Positions 28,783 to 38,613 of a stretch of DNA of 64,000 nt are shown in pieces. Position 1 is the first letter of the stretch. Each line of letters begins with the position of its first letter. The notes under the pieces are model-generated. The model saw only the letters and a program-made list of their open reading frames with translations, did not search any database and was not told where the DNA came from. This DNA is from an uncultured Verrucomicrobiae bacterium (GTDB lineage Bacteria; Verrucomicrobiota; Verrucomicrobiia; Chthoniobacterales; JAFAMB01): the NCBI GenBank assembly GCA_963762565.1, contig CAVXLD010000010.1:320001-384000 (forward strand), read 5' to 3'. Made by a program: the position numbers and the translations under genes.

Positions 28783-28960
28783 AAAACTCGCCTTAGGCTC
28801 GTTTTGAATAGCAAATAGCAGATCGCACATAGCAAAGGGTCTCCCGGACTTCCCTGCCTTGGATTTCCGAAGTTATCCCCATTTGCTATTTGCTATTGAA
28901 ACGAGCCTAACAGACCGTTGAAAAACCAGTGTTTTTCAACAGTCTGCTAAGGCGAGTTTT
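28783..28960. repeat. TCGCCTTAGGCTC / ATAGCAA-heptamer inverted element downstream of the nuo operon
   Basis: Left arm 28783-28820 matches the right arm once 28911-28950 is removed; related element at 61662-61782. Confidence 0.85.
28911..28946. mobile_element. 36-bp minimal MITE or IS end remnant with CTAA direct repeats
   Basis: CTAA-CAGACCGTTGAAAAAC-CAGT-GTTTTTCAACAGTCTG-CTAA; 15/16 TIR match. Confidence 0.7.
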
Positions 28961-29039
28961 TCCCTTCTTGCACCTCGTATCCCCTATTGTATCCTGCCAC
29001 CTGCTTCTAGATTCCAGCTTGTAGATCCTATATCCTGAT

Positions 29040-30521
29040 ATGCTCGACACCCTTCGTAAACGGCAAAAAACCCTGCTGATTATCATCACGGGCGTCACCA
29101 TCATAACCTTTATCGTCTTTCTCAACCCCACGACTCGGATGCGAGGTGGTCCCCAAGCCGTCATCGGGACCATCAACGGTCGATCTATCTCCCTCGAGGA
29201 TGTACAGAAGCTGAACAATGTGCAGAGTCTTGCCTACGGTCTCGGTCTCTATGATCTCGTTCAGCATTTATCGCCGGGCCAGAACGAAGCACGGACCCAG
29301 GACGAGCAAGCCCTCGGCTTTGCCTGGAACTTACTGCTCCTAAGAGACGAAGCCAAAGCCCTCCAGGTTGAGCCGTCCGACGACGAGATCCGGAATGCCG
29401 AAAAGGATCTCTCCGTTTTCCAAACCGACGGTCATTTCGACCAGGATAAGTATAAAAAGTTCACGGTGATCGCGAGCATGAGAGGTTTCACTCCTGCTGA
29501 CATCGACAACGTCGTGGCGGACAACCTTCGGGTTCAAAATGTTTATCGCCTGGTTACGGCTGCATCCCCGATTCCCGACTCAATGTTGCGACACGATTAT
29601 GAGCGTGGCCAGTCCAAGATGAATCTCGCCGTGCTGTCATTCAAAGCTGCCGATTTCAAAGACAATCATGATTTCTCCGATGCTGAGGTGAACTCCTACT
29701 ACCAGGATCACAGCAACCGATATGAATTGCCGGAGAAGCGAAAGATTGAATTCGTCGCCTTTACCTTGACCGACAACCAGAAGAAGCTGGAGAACAAAGA
29801 AAAGCAGACTGTACTGAAATCACTGGCGGACAGCGCCGAGGCATTTCAACAAGACGCTTCCGAGCATCCGGCCGATTTCGATAAGGACGCTAAAGCGAAA
29901 GATCTGAAGGTCGACCAAACCGGCATGTTCACCAATAAAGATCCTGATCCGCTGATCGCCAAGGAGACCGGTCTGGTGACAGCCGCCAATAATCTGGGCA
30001 AGGAACAACCGGTGACGGACGTAATTCAGGGCGCTGATGGTTTCTATGTTGCGAAGGTGGTAGATATTGACCCGGCCCACACAGCGCCCCTGGCAGATGT
30101 ACGCGGTGAAGTTGTCGCGGAGATGAAAGCCGACGCTGTGCATGCCGATATTCTGAAGGAGATGAAGGGTGGCGCTAGTTTCTTAGATGCCGCCAAGAAG
30201 GCCGGTGTTACGCCTGAAACTCCGCCGGCTTTCAGTCTGGTTGAAGTAGGTCAAGAGCAGTCTATCGCGCAGCTAATCAGGGAGAACGACCTGGAGTTGG
30301 CTCCTGGAGACACATCAGACGTTCTATCTCAGGGGCAAGACAGTGTGTTCATCCATTTGCTCAGCCGAGATCCAATTGATGAGGCCAAGTACGCCGAGTT
30401 CAAGAAAGCAAATTTGACGGCCATCAACGATCAGTACGGTGACTTCGTGTTCAAGGAATGGCTTAGGGTGGCGCTGCAGAAAGCGGGCGGTTCTCCGTTA
30501 GCCAGGTATCAAGCCAGCTAA
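29040..30521 (+). CDS. PpiD/SurA N-terminal domain periplasmic chaperone
   Basis: MLDTLRK + TM anchor, GTINGRSI, FQTDGHFD, YYQDH...PEKRKIEFV. Confidence 0.75.
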   Translation: MLDTLRKRQKTLLIIITGVTIITFIVFLNPTTRMRGGPQAVIGTINGRSISLEDVQKLNNVQSLAYGLGLYDLVQHLSPGQNEARTQDEQALGFAWNLLLLRDEAKALQVEPSDDEIRNAEKDLSVFQTDGHFDQDKYKKFTVIASMRGFTPADIDNVVADNLRVQNVYRLVTAASPIPDSMLRHDYERGQSKMNLAVLSFKAADFKDNHDFSDAEVNSYYQDHSNRYELPEKRKIEFVAFTLTDNQKKLENKEKQTVLKSLADSAEAFQQDASEHPADFDKDAKAKDLKVDQTGMFTNKDPDPLIAKETGLVTAANNLGKEQPVTDVIQGADGFYVAKVVDIDPAHTAPLADVRGEVVAEMKADAVHADILKEMKGGASFLDAAKKAGVTPETPPAFSLVEVGQEQSIAQLIRENDLELAPGDTSDVLSQGQDSVFIHLLSRDPIDEAKYAEFKKANLTAINDQYGDFVFKEWLRVALQKAGGSPLARYQAS

Positions 30522-30664
30522 ATTTCAGAACTAACCAGTTTGGCATTCGTCCCGAATCGCTCTTAGTTCGGCGAGAGCTTCGAACTCCTTTGGCCGGCCA
30601 GACGCGCCGTCCCGCGCTAACTTCCTTCCGGGACAAATTACCTCCCTCATGCGACATTTCTCGC

Positions 30665-31027
30665 ATGGAAGAAATTCCTGAGAGTGTGGCCGACCTGTTT
30701 GATGACGCCAATGGCGATTTGGCGGTCGGCGATCTGCCTTCGGCAATCGAAAAGTATCGGAAGTGCACCGAAATAGAGCCCACCTTTTTCGACGGCTGGC
30801 ACGCTCTGGGAATGGCGCTGATGAAGGACGGACACTACCCCGAAGCAATCGAAGCCGGGAACAAAGCGGTCGATCTCCGGCCAAACGATCAACTGGCTTG
30901 GTCAAGCCTGTCTTTGTTTTACGTCCGAAATCATCAAATCAAAGAAGCCGAGGCTGCCAGCGGCAAAGCTAGAATCCTTTCCTGGGGAGGAAAGGTCGTT
31001 CGAGATACAGATAAACCAAGAAGCTAG
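30665..31027 (+). CDS. Tetratricopeptide repeat protein
   Basis: AIEKYRKCTEIEP...WHALGMAL...EAIEAGNKAVDLRP TPR pattern. Confidence 0.8.
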   Translation: MEEIPESVADLFDDANGDLAVGDLPSAIEKYRKCTEIEPTFFDGWHALGMALMKDGHYPEAIEAGNKAVDLRPNDQLAWSSLSLFYVRNHQIKEAEAASGKARILSWGGKVVRDTDKPRS

Positions 31028-31196
31028 GAGCTAGAATCTAGGAGCTAGGAGGTGCTGGGTCCGACACCTTGCACCAGCCAAGGATCACCAATGGAACCTT
31101 TTAACTTTTCACTGAGGCTGGGACGCATCCCGTAGGTATAAATTCCCTTCAACCCCGGGGCCCCTCCTAGCTCCTAGATTCTAGCTCCTAGCTCCT
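31022..31196. repeat. Inverted pair of AGGAGCT/AGAATCT heptamer arrays
   Basis: AGCTAGGAGCTAGAATCTAGGAGCTAGGAGG / CCTCCTAGCTCCTAGATTCTAGCTCCTAGCT. Confidence 0.9.
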
Positions 31197-31255
31197 TGTT
31201 TGTCTTTTCGACCTTTGCGATCTTGTTGTGCAATTTTTAGGGAGAATTCCATCAG

Positions 31256-32791
31256 GTGAAATATTTCGTTACCACGGCAATCGACTATACGAACGCGGCG
31301 CCGCACATCGGACACGCCTACGAGAAAACCTTGGCCGATGTGATTATCCGTTATCGCCGGACTCAAGGGCCTGCTTTCCTGTTGATCGGAGTCGATCAAC
31401 ATGGCCAAAAGGTGCAGCAGGCGGCCCAGCGAGAAAACATTGCTCCGGCAGATTTTGCTCAGCGCGTCACTGAACAATTCCTGGCTCTTTGGGACAAGTT
31501 AAATATCCAGCGCGATGGCTGGGCAGCTACCACCGATCCCCGGCATAAGCGGGCGGTTCAGAAGGTGTTGCAGGTTCTCCACGATGAAGGAGAACTCTAC
31601 AAAGAGAAATACGCTGGCTACTACAGCGTCCGCCAGGAACAGTTCCTGACTGATAAGGAACGAAACGCCGATGGCGAATTTGGACCCGAATGGGGGGAGG
31701 TCATTCTGCTTGAAGAAGAAAACTGGTATTTCCGTTTAGCCAAGCATAAAGACTGGCTGCAAAACTTCGTTCGTACCCACCCGGATTTCGTAACGCCAGC
31801 GTTTCGACAGGTAGAACTGCTGAATGCGATCGAGCGCCTCAGCGGGGACCTCTGTGTCTCTCGCCCTCAGGAACGGCTTTCCTGGGGTATCGAGTTCCCG
31901 TTTGACAACGAGTACGTGACCTATGTTTGGTTCGACGCCCTGCTCAACTATGTAACTTTTGCAGGTTATGAGGCAGATCCCGGCAGTGACCTGCCTGACT
32001 TCGCTGATTTGTGGCCCTGCCGGGCCCACATCATCGGGAAAGATATCATGGTGCCAGCCCACGGGATCTATTGGCCCATCATGTTGCACGCCATGGGTTT
32101 TCCAGACGACCAAATGCCGCGTTTGACGGTCCATGGCTTTTGGAGCGCCGAAGGTGCGAAGATGAGTAAAAGCCTGGGTAATGTCGTTGACCCGTCTCTG
32201 CTTGTTGATCAATACGGAGCAGACGCGGTGCGATATTATTTGATGCGCGACATCGCCACCGGACACGATGCCGACTTCAGCATTGAACGGCTTTTGATCC
32301 GTTACCACAGCGACTTGGCAAACGGCCTCGGCAACTTGGTTAATCGCACAATCAACATGGCACAGCGCTATCATTCCGGGTTGGTGAAAAAGACCAACAC
32401 CAATGATCCGGAACTGGAGGCGATTAAGACCGCCGCGGGCTCGGTCCTGGATCGATACCATGAAGCGTTCGATCGTTTTCAGCCGCACGCCGCGTTGGAA
32501 GCGATTTCCGATCTGGTTACCCAAGCTAACGGTCTGGTTGAGTTAAAGGCGCCTTGGAAATTGGCCAAGGACCCCGCCCAAAGCAACCTCCTACACGACG
32601 TCCTCTACACGTTAGCCGAGACTTCACGCCTGGTTGCGGTCTTGATGGAACCGGTGATTCCGAAGTCTGCGGAAAAGATTCTGGAGCAACTGAACGCGAC
32701 CGGTCATCGGGAGTTGGCATGGGGTCAACTTCCGGCCGAACATCAGCTGGGAGAACCGACACCGGTATTCCCGCGGTTTGATGGACGGTAA
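31256..32791 (+). CDS. metG: Methionine--tRNA ligase
   Basis: PHIGH, YVWFDAL, IIGKDI, KMSKSLGN; GTG start. Confidence 0.96.
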   Translation: MKYFVTTAIDYTNAAPHIGHAYEKTLADVIIRYRRTQGPAFLLIGVDQHGQKVQQAAQRENIAPADFAQRVTEQFLALWDKLNIQRDGWAATTDPRHKRAVQKVLQVLHDEGELYKEKYAGYYSVRQEQFLTDKERNADGEFGPEWGEVILLEEENWYFRLAKHKDWLQNFVRTHPDFVTPAFRQVELLNAIERLSGDLCVSRPQERLSWGIEFPFDNEYVTYVWFDALLNYVTFAGYEADPGSDLPDFADLWPCRAHIIGKDIMVPAHGIYWPIMLHAMGFPDDQMPRLTVHGFWSAEGAKMSKSLGNVVDPSLLVDQYGADAVRYYLMRDIATGHDADFSIERLLIRYHSDLANGLGNLVNRTINMAQRYHSGLVKKTNTNDPELEAIKTAAGSVLDRYHEAFDRFQPHAALEAISDLVTQANGLVELKAPWKLAKDPAQSNLLHDVLYTLAETSRLVAVLMEPVIPKSAEKILEQLNATGHRELAWGQLPAEHQLGEPTPVFPRFDGR

Positions 32792-32801
32792 CGGCGGACG
32801 C

Positions 32802-32989
32802 GTCGGGTTGCCCCTGACGGGGAGGGCGCGCTGCCTGTCCGCCATAGCTTTAGCGACGGAGGATCCTCGCGCGCCGTGAACGCGTTTCTGACCTAGAGAC
32901 ACAATTTGCTCGCACGTTCGCACACATCATCGGCTCTGTGAACCACGGATCGCGGGGACGCGATCCCTCCCGGTCAAGGGCCAGCCGAC
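32802..32989. repeat. Family C REP pair; left unit carries the 30-nt mini-insertion (32834-32863)
   Basis: GGGAGGGCGCGCTG[CCTGTCCGCCATAGCTTTAGCGACGGAGGA]TCCTCGCGCGCCG ... CGGATCGCGGGGACGCGATCCCTCCC. Confidence 0.85.
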
Positions 32990-32991
32990 AC

Positions 32992-34134
32992 CTAAGACCT
33001 CTTCGCGCCTTCCCCCAAACCACTCATCAACCATTTCTTACTTTGTTTGGGTAACCAAACGTAGAACGTCGTGCCTACGGTCGGCCCGGTTTTAAAGGCT
33101 ATCTTGCCTTCGTGCGCGTCCACACACGATTTCGCAATCGATAAGCCTAGACCCGTTCCGGTCCGCTTTTCGTAAGTTACGAACGGCTCGAATACTTGGA
33201 GGCGAATTCCTTCCGGGACACCTGGTCCCGTGTCAGTAATCGAGACCATTAATCCGCCCTCACGGTCCTCAAATTGCAATCGTAATTTGCCTCGGTCTCG
33301 CATCGCTTCGCGCGCATTTTTCACGATATTCGCCAAACACCGGGTTACCCGCATCTCATCGATCCAGAACGACTCTTTAGTCCGATTTTCGATCTCGACA
33401 GAAATCGCCGTTCGCCGAATCTGCTCTAAAATCTCGATTTCAAGCAGATCCACCAACCGGGCTGACGTTGTCCAAGTAGGAGACAACCGGGCCTTGCCCC
33501 GAGCAAAATCCAACAGTTCCTCAGTCAAGAGCGTTACCCGGTCCGCCGAGCTTTTGATGATCTGGGCCGCACTTTTAGTGAATGCGTCCGTGGTCTTTTG
33601 CTCAAGGTAACTGACCGACGACGTAATCGCGGCCAATGGGTTCTTCAGATCGTGAACGATCGAACTTAACATGGTCCCGAGAATGGTGAGTCGTTCAGTC
33701 CGAAGTAACTGCTCAATAAAGCGTGAATTGCTCGATCTCAGCCTTTCGACCGTAACTCGGGTATAATTAATCGGCAGAACTCGCGGCGCTTTCTCCATCA
33801 AAAACTCAAATGCCGATCGATCGATCTCGCCGATAACCGTATTCTTGAGGGCAATAGCGCTGGCTGAACGCGGTTCCCGGTCCAATAACGCGAGCTCACC
33901 AAAGAAATCGTTAGCCTCGATCAGGGAAAGGACTTCCTCATGACCTTGTCGTCCAGCCTTGGAGATTTGGACTAAACCGGAGCCCACCAACATCATAGTG
34001 TCGCCATAGTCCCCATCCCGAAAAATTACCGTTTCCGGATCAAAGACCTTTTCGCACACCGGCGTCGCTTGCAAAACATCGACGGGGATGTCAGCGAATA
34101 AACGGTTCTGGAAAAAGATTGGGTTCATGGCCAC
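32992..34134 (-). CDS. Sensor histidine kinase with N-terminal cyclic-nucleotide-binding domain
   Basis: FFGELAL..PRSASA (cNMP); HDLKNPL (H-box); NIVKNA, DTGPG, GTGLGL. Confidence 0.9.
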   Translation of the reverse strand: MAMNPIFFQNRLFADIPVDVLQATPVCEKVFDPETVIFRDGDYGDTMMLVGSGLVQISKAGRQGHEEVLSLIEANDFFGELALLDREPRSASAIALKNTVIGEIDRSAFEFLMEKAPRVLPINYTRVTVERLRSSNSRFIEQLLRTERLTILGTMLSSIVHDLKNPLAAITSSVSYLEQKTTDAFTKSAAQIIKSSADRVTLLTEELLDFARGKARLSPTWTTSARLVDLLEIEILEQIRRTAISVEIENRTKESFWIDEMRVTRCLANIVKNAREAMRDRGKLRLQFEDREGGLMVSITDTGPGVPEGIRLQVFEPFVTYEKRTGTGLGLSIAKSCVDAHEGKIAFKTGPTVGTTFYVWLPKQSKKWLMSGLGEGAKRS

Positions 34135-34158
34135 GCCCCCGGGTCAGATAACAAACGC

Positions 34159-34830
34159 TCAATAGCGGCGCGTCCACGACTCGGTGCCGTACTTCAAGGT
34201 AGCGATACGCTCGGCCAACGACGTTGTCACGGTCGAAAGCATCGTTTTCTCTACGGTCCGCGACAATGTCTGCGCGAGCTGAGGCGCGAACCCGGAACCG
34301 ACCGAGACGCGCTGGATGCTCCCTTGAAGAATGACACCAGTGCGTGACCGCCGGATGGCAGCGCCCGCGATCTTAAGCCCATCAATCTCGACATCGCTTT
34401 CTACAGAATTCGCGAAACAAGCCGCAACCAGATTTGTCCCCGCTCGCGCTTCTGAACTTTTAGTCACAACCGTGGCCGATCGACCCAGCGCCGCTAAGGT
34501 CCGTACGATCGCCGTGTGCATTCCCCGGTAGAGATCTCGATTCGGCGGCGGTCCAGAGTCGACCGGTAGCAATAATGAGTAGGTGAAATCAGTCCCATGC
34601 TCTACAACGCCGCCGCCGGTCCAACGACGGACAATTTCCCTGTCCGGATAAAGGGCGTTGGCCTGCTCCCAAGAGCTGAAATAACCAATGGAAACCGGCT
34701 GCTCCAGCCAGTGGTAGGGTCGGAACAACGGACAATCGCCACCGTCCAAAAGCAGCGCCTCGTCGATTGCCATATTCAGTGCAGCCCGATGAGGCGTTTC
34801 ATCAATGACCCATTTCAAGCGCCGGAACAT
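34159..34830 (-). CDS. Lipoate-protein ligase A / octanoyltransferase family protein
   Basis: NMAIDEALL, VRRWTGGGVVEH, CF, KIAGAA. Confidence 0.85.
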   Translation of the reverse strand: MFRRLKWVIDETPHRAALNMAIDEALLLDGGDCPLFRPYHWLEQPVSIGYFSSWEQANALYPDREIVRRWTGGGVVEHGTDFTYSLLLPVDSGPPPNRDLYRGMHTAIVRTLAALGRSATVVTKSSEARAGTNLVAACFANSVESDVEIDGLKIAGAAIRRSRTGVILQGSIQRVSVGSGFAPQLAQTLSRTVEKTMLSTVTTSLAERIATLKYGTESWTRRY

Positions 34831-34848
34831 TCATGTCTCCATCTAACA

Positions 34849-36090
34849 TCAGGGTTCTCCAACCGAAACCGGCTCAACCGGATAGGCGCGCACGTGGCGG
34901 CAGCTCAACACCATCAACCAAGCCGCCACTGCGAGCACCGCCAGCACCCAATATGAACTGGCAGGTCCCCAAACCGGCAACATTATGGTCACTAGGGCCA
35001 GCGCGGTCGATCGCAGTAACCGCTCAGATGCTGAATAGAAAAGGTTTACCCGGCCAACCACAGCGTTCGGTACCGTTTTTAAAACTAGAATCGTACGCGC
35101 CACTCTGGAGCCGGCATTGCCCCAACCCTGCAGCGCGTACGAAATAAAAAAGACCATGGCGACCGGCGCGACCGGATTCAGGGAAGCTGCTAGCCCGTAC
35201 ACGGCGATGGTGCACAATAGAGTCGGAACCAAACCGATGCGCGCATTAATTGCAGGAACCGAAAGGCCGGCCAGAGTCGCACCGAGCGCATAGCTGACTT
35301 CTCCGATACCGTAGACCTGTGGCCCTTGATGGAGCACTTCCCGCACAAAGATCGGCGAAAGAAAATTCCCGACCATAATCGCAACAAAGGGTAAAAAACT
35401 CGCCAGCATCACCACTGATAAGCGAGGCCGGCCACGCAGGTACTGTAGGCCTTCAACCATCATGGCCCAGGCAGAGGCCGGCGCCATTGATCGCTCCTGA
35501 GATCTCTCGTAGCGCAACCTAGAAATCATCAGGAAAGCGGCCAAATAAGCTGCTGCATCGATACAAAGGACACCCCAAAACGGGCAGATGGCAATCAACC
35601 AAGCCCCTAATGCCCCCGCCACCATCGATCCCGCCTGCCACTGTATTTCGATGGAGCCGCTGAGACTTTGGTAGAGCTCCGGCGCAATCACTTCTTGGCT
35701 GAGTGCGAACTGCGCCGGGTAATAAACACTTGCTCCCAGCGACCCAAAACAGAATACGGTTAAAAGTTCCCAGATTTCGGTCGAGCCATGCCCAACGATC
35801 AACGTAACGATCAACGCATCCAAAACTACCGCCGAGCCGAGATACGCCATCACTACCAGCTTCCTCGAGTAGCGATCTACAATTTTGCCGAAGTACGGTA
35901 ACAGGAGGAGAATCAATAGCGTTATCCCGGCGTTGCTGTAGCCCAGAATAGCGTTCCCATTCGGTCGCTGGATCAGCAACCATGGGACCGCCATAAAAGT
36001 GATTCCAGCACCGACAACCAATAAAAAATTAGCCGTTAAGATCAGCCGCGCCTTTGGGTCGGACCAAATTGTCACGCTCTTTAAGAGCAT
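34849..36090 (-). CDS. MFS transporter
   Basis: Multiple TM segments; GKIVDRYSRK motif A; EGLQYLR linker. Confidence 0.88.
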   Translation of the reverse strand: MLLKSVTIWSDPKARLILTANFLLVVGAGITFMAVPWLLIQRPNGNAILGYSNAGITLLILLLLPYFGKIVDRYSRKLVVMAYLGSAVVLDALIVTLIVGHGSTEIWELLTVFCFGSLGASVYYPAQFALSQEVIAPELYQSLSGSIEIQWQAGSMVAGALGAWLIAICPFWGVLCIDAAAYLAAFLMISRLRYERSQERSMAPASAWAMMVEGLQYLRGRPRLSVVMLASFLPFVAIMVGNFLSPIFVREVLHQGPQVYGIGEVSYALGATLAGLSVPAINARIGLVPTLLCTIAVYGLAASLNPVAPVAMVFFISYALQGWGNAGSRVARTILVLKTVPNAVVGRVNLFYSASERLLRSTALALVTIMLPVWGPASSYWVLAVLAVAAWLMVLSCRHVRAYPVEPVSVGEP

Positions 36091-36112
36091 TGGGCGCGGC
36101 AGGTTGCAACTC

Positions 36113-36360
36113 TGGTAGGGCGAGGCTCCAAAGCTCAATCCGGCCCGCGACAAATTAGGTATAGAGCCCGATTCAGCCTAAACGCGGCACCAGCATGGCC
36201 GAGCCGAGGCCTCGCTGTCTCCTCGTTCTTTCCTGAGCCAAGTCTCGCTGCAGAATCGTGGGAGCGGCTCGGCGGCGCCAGGCGTGGGACGCCGTGGGTT
36301 TGTTTCGTCAGCGTCGTTGCGAAACTCTTATACTTCTATCCCTGAGCGTCGCCCTACCAG
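36113..36360. repeat. Family B REPIN-like pair
   Basis: GGTAGGGCGAGGCTCC 36114, GCCGAGCCG 36198, CGGCTCGGC 36265, GCGTCGCCCTACCAG ending 36360. Confidence 0.82.
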
Positions 36361-36397
36361 CTTGCTTTAGCAAGGTACGTCCAGTAGCTTCAACTCG

Positions 36398-37285
36398 ATG
36401 GCAAAGGTAGTTCTCGGCAAGGGCCTAAGTGCCCTGATCAACACACCAAAACCGCCGACACTTGAACCAGGAGACCGCGTAGAACGTGTTCCACTTGCCG
36501 AGATTGTTCCGAGCCCGCTCCAACCCAGAAAAGCGTTCAACGCCGACCAGTTACAAGAGCTAGTCGATTCTATTCGTGAACACGGAATCATCCAGCCTCT
36601 CATCGTCCGTCGCGTTAACGGGAAGTGTGAATTAATCGCCGGTGAACGCCGGTGGCGAGCGGCGAACCAGCTCGGACTCGGCGAGGCGCCGGTCATCGTC
36701 CGAAATGCTTCTGATCGTGACGTTTTGGAAATGGCGTTGATCGAAAATCTGCAACGCGAAGACCTTAATCCCATCGAAGAGGCTCACGCCTATCAGCGCC
36801 TCTCCCAAGAATTCTCCATGCGACAAGAGGATATCGCCGTTCGTGTAAGTAAGAGTCGATCCGTTATTGCAAATTCTCTCAGATTGTTGGAGTTGCATCC
36901 CCAAATTCAAAGCTATCTAGCACAGGATCTATTGAGTGTTGGACACGCAAAAGTCTTATTGAGCTTGGAGAACCGAGCTGAACAACTTGCGATTGCGGAG
37001 GTCATCATTCGGCAATCAGCTACCGTCCGGGTAGCTGAGAAACTGGTGGCCGAACAATTTGCTCGGCGTGGACTGACAAAAACTGGAAAAAGCGGCGCCC
37101 GTCCGGTAGCAACGCAGAACACGACAAATCACGCCGTGACCCAAATTGAAAATCGGCTTCGAGACCGGCTGGCCACGCACGTGGTAATTCATCACAACGA
37201 CAAGCGGGGCAAAATCGAGATCCAGTACTATGGTAACGATGACTTAGAGCGGATCCTCTCGCTGCTGGGAGTGACGTCGCACTAA
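36398..37285 (+). CDS. parB: Chromosome partitioning protein ParB/Spo0J
   Basis: LGKGLSALI, QPRK.F, GERRWRA, ENLQREDL, HTH, GHAK. Confidence 0.95.
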   Translation: MAKVVLGKGLSALINTPKPPTLEPGDRVERVPLAEIVPSPLQPRKAFNADQLQELVDSIREHGIIQPLIVRRVNGKCELIAGERRWRAANQLGLGEAPVIVRNASDRDVLEMALIENLQREDLNPIEEAHAYQRLSQEFSMRQEDIAVRVSKSRSVIANSLRLLELHPQIQSYLAQDLLSVGHAKVLLSLENRAEQLAIAEVIIRQSATVRVAEKLVAEQFARRGLTKTGKSGARPVATQNTTNHAVTQIENRLRDRLATHVVIHHNDKRGKIEIQYYGNDDLERILSLLGVTSH

Positions 37286-37297
37286 AGTCACCATTCC

Positions 37298-38353
37298 ATG
37301 GCATCGCATCGTGCGGTTCTATTTCGCATCCTTCTGTGTCCGCTGCTACTCGGTTGGACGGTTACCCTGATTGTTTCGTGTAAGCCAGTTAGCCTGGGGG
37401 CGGGTGAACCCTCAGCCAATCAGTCTTCCGCCACACCCACTCCGCCTCTGCCTCCTCGGCGCCAAACGATCTGGAAGGATTTTGACAGCGAACGTTCCAT
37501 GGCGTCCGCCCAAGCAATATTGAGCTTTGGCAATCGGATTGCCGGGAGCGAGGCGCTGGACAAGGTCCGGGACTATCTGAAAAGCAACTTGGCAACCGCT
37601 GGATGGGACATAAGCGAACAGCCTTTCTCCGAACAGGCTCCGGGCGGGCAGGAAATACGTTTCTCCAGCCTCATTGGCCGTTATGCGCACGTGCCTCTCA
37701 CCAAGCCATTCTACTTGTTGGCTGCCCACTTCGATTCTCGAAATCTCGGCTTTGCCATCGATCCCGGCGCCACCGACGGAGCTGCCAACACCGCTGTTCT
37801 TCTCGAAATTGCCCGCACCCTTTCTCTCGATCCTCGGCTGGCTGCTCACGTCGAATTGTTGTTTCTAGATGGTCACATGCCGTTTCATCAGATCACTCCT
37901 AACGACGGCTTATTCGGCAGCCGATTTTACACGCAAATGCTGCAGGTCAGCCGAAACTCTGACGCTGCCAGCGCCGCCGTGGTGCTAGAACATCTGGGAG
38001 GATCCGGCTCACCTTTTGGCTACGCTCCCAATTCGGATTCAGGATTAATTGAACAACTCCGGTCTGCTGCCCAAGCGCTGCAAATCAGTCTCGAAGCCGG
38101 TAAACGGCCGCTGCTGCTCGATCATGTTCCTTTCCAAAATGCAGGTATCCCAGCCGTTGCCTTGCTGGACCTCGACCCGCCCTACTTGAACACAGCTGAC
38201 GACGACGCCAGCCGCCTCAATCGCGATGCACTTGCACAAGCCGGGAAATTGGTACTTTATTTTTTATCTGAACAAAGCTTTTCGCCTGCGCCCGCTCCGA
38301 CTCAAGCCGCTCTTTCGGAACAAGCGCCGGCACGGACAAAGGGTAAGAACTAA
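37298..38353 (+). CDS. M28 peptidase / glutaminyl cyclase-like lipoprotein with degenerate active site
   Basis: IVSC lipobox-like motif; AHFDS, GATDGA, DHVPF retained; DGEE replaced by DGHM. Confidence 0.8.
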   Translation: MASHRAVLFRILLCPLLLGWTVTLIVSCKPVSLGAGEPSANQSSATPTPPLPPRRQTIWKDFDSERSMASAQAILSFGNRIAGSEALDKVRDYLKSNLATAGWDISEQPFSEQAPGGQEIRFSSLIGRYAHVPLTKPFYLLAAHFDSRNLGFAIDPGATDGAANTAVLLEIARTLSLDPRLAAHVELLFLDGHMPFHQITPNDGLFGSRFYTQMLQVSRNSDAASAAVVLEHLGGSGSPFGYAPNSDSGLIEQLRSAAQALQISLEAGKRPLLLDHVPFQNAGIPAVALLDLDPPYLNTADDDASRLNRDALAQAGKLVLYFLSEQSFSPAPAPTQAALSEQAPARTKGKN

Positions 38354-38613
38354 TGCAAACGCCTGAGCTGCTTCTCTATGTAAAATCCGGTTGCCCCTGG
38401 TGTGACCTGGCTGAGGACTATCTTAACGAACACGGATACAAGTTTCGTCGCATTAACGTCTGTCGAGATCGAGCCTCCTTCGAGGAGATGCGCCGGATAT
38501 CAGGTCAAACCTATGCCCCCACTCTGGTGGTCGGTGATGAAGTTCTTCCAGATTTCGGTCCGGAAGAGTTGCACCACTTTTTGAAGGCAAACGAAATTCA
38601 GCCTGGCATTTAA
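38353..38613 (+). CDS. Glutaredoxin-like protein
   Basis: CPWC, SGQTYAPTL. Confidence 0.9.
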   Translation: MQTPELLLYVKSGCPWCDLAEDYLNEHGYKFRRINVCRDRASFEEMRRISGQTYAPTLVVGDEVLPDFGPEELHHFLKANEIQPGI

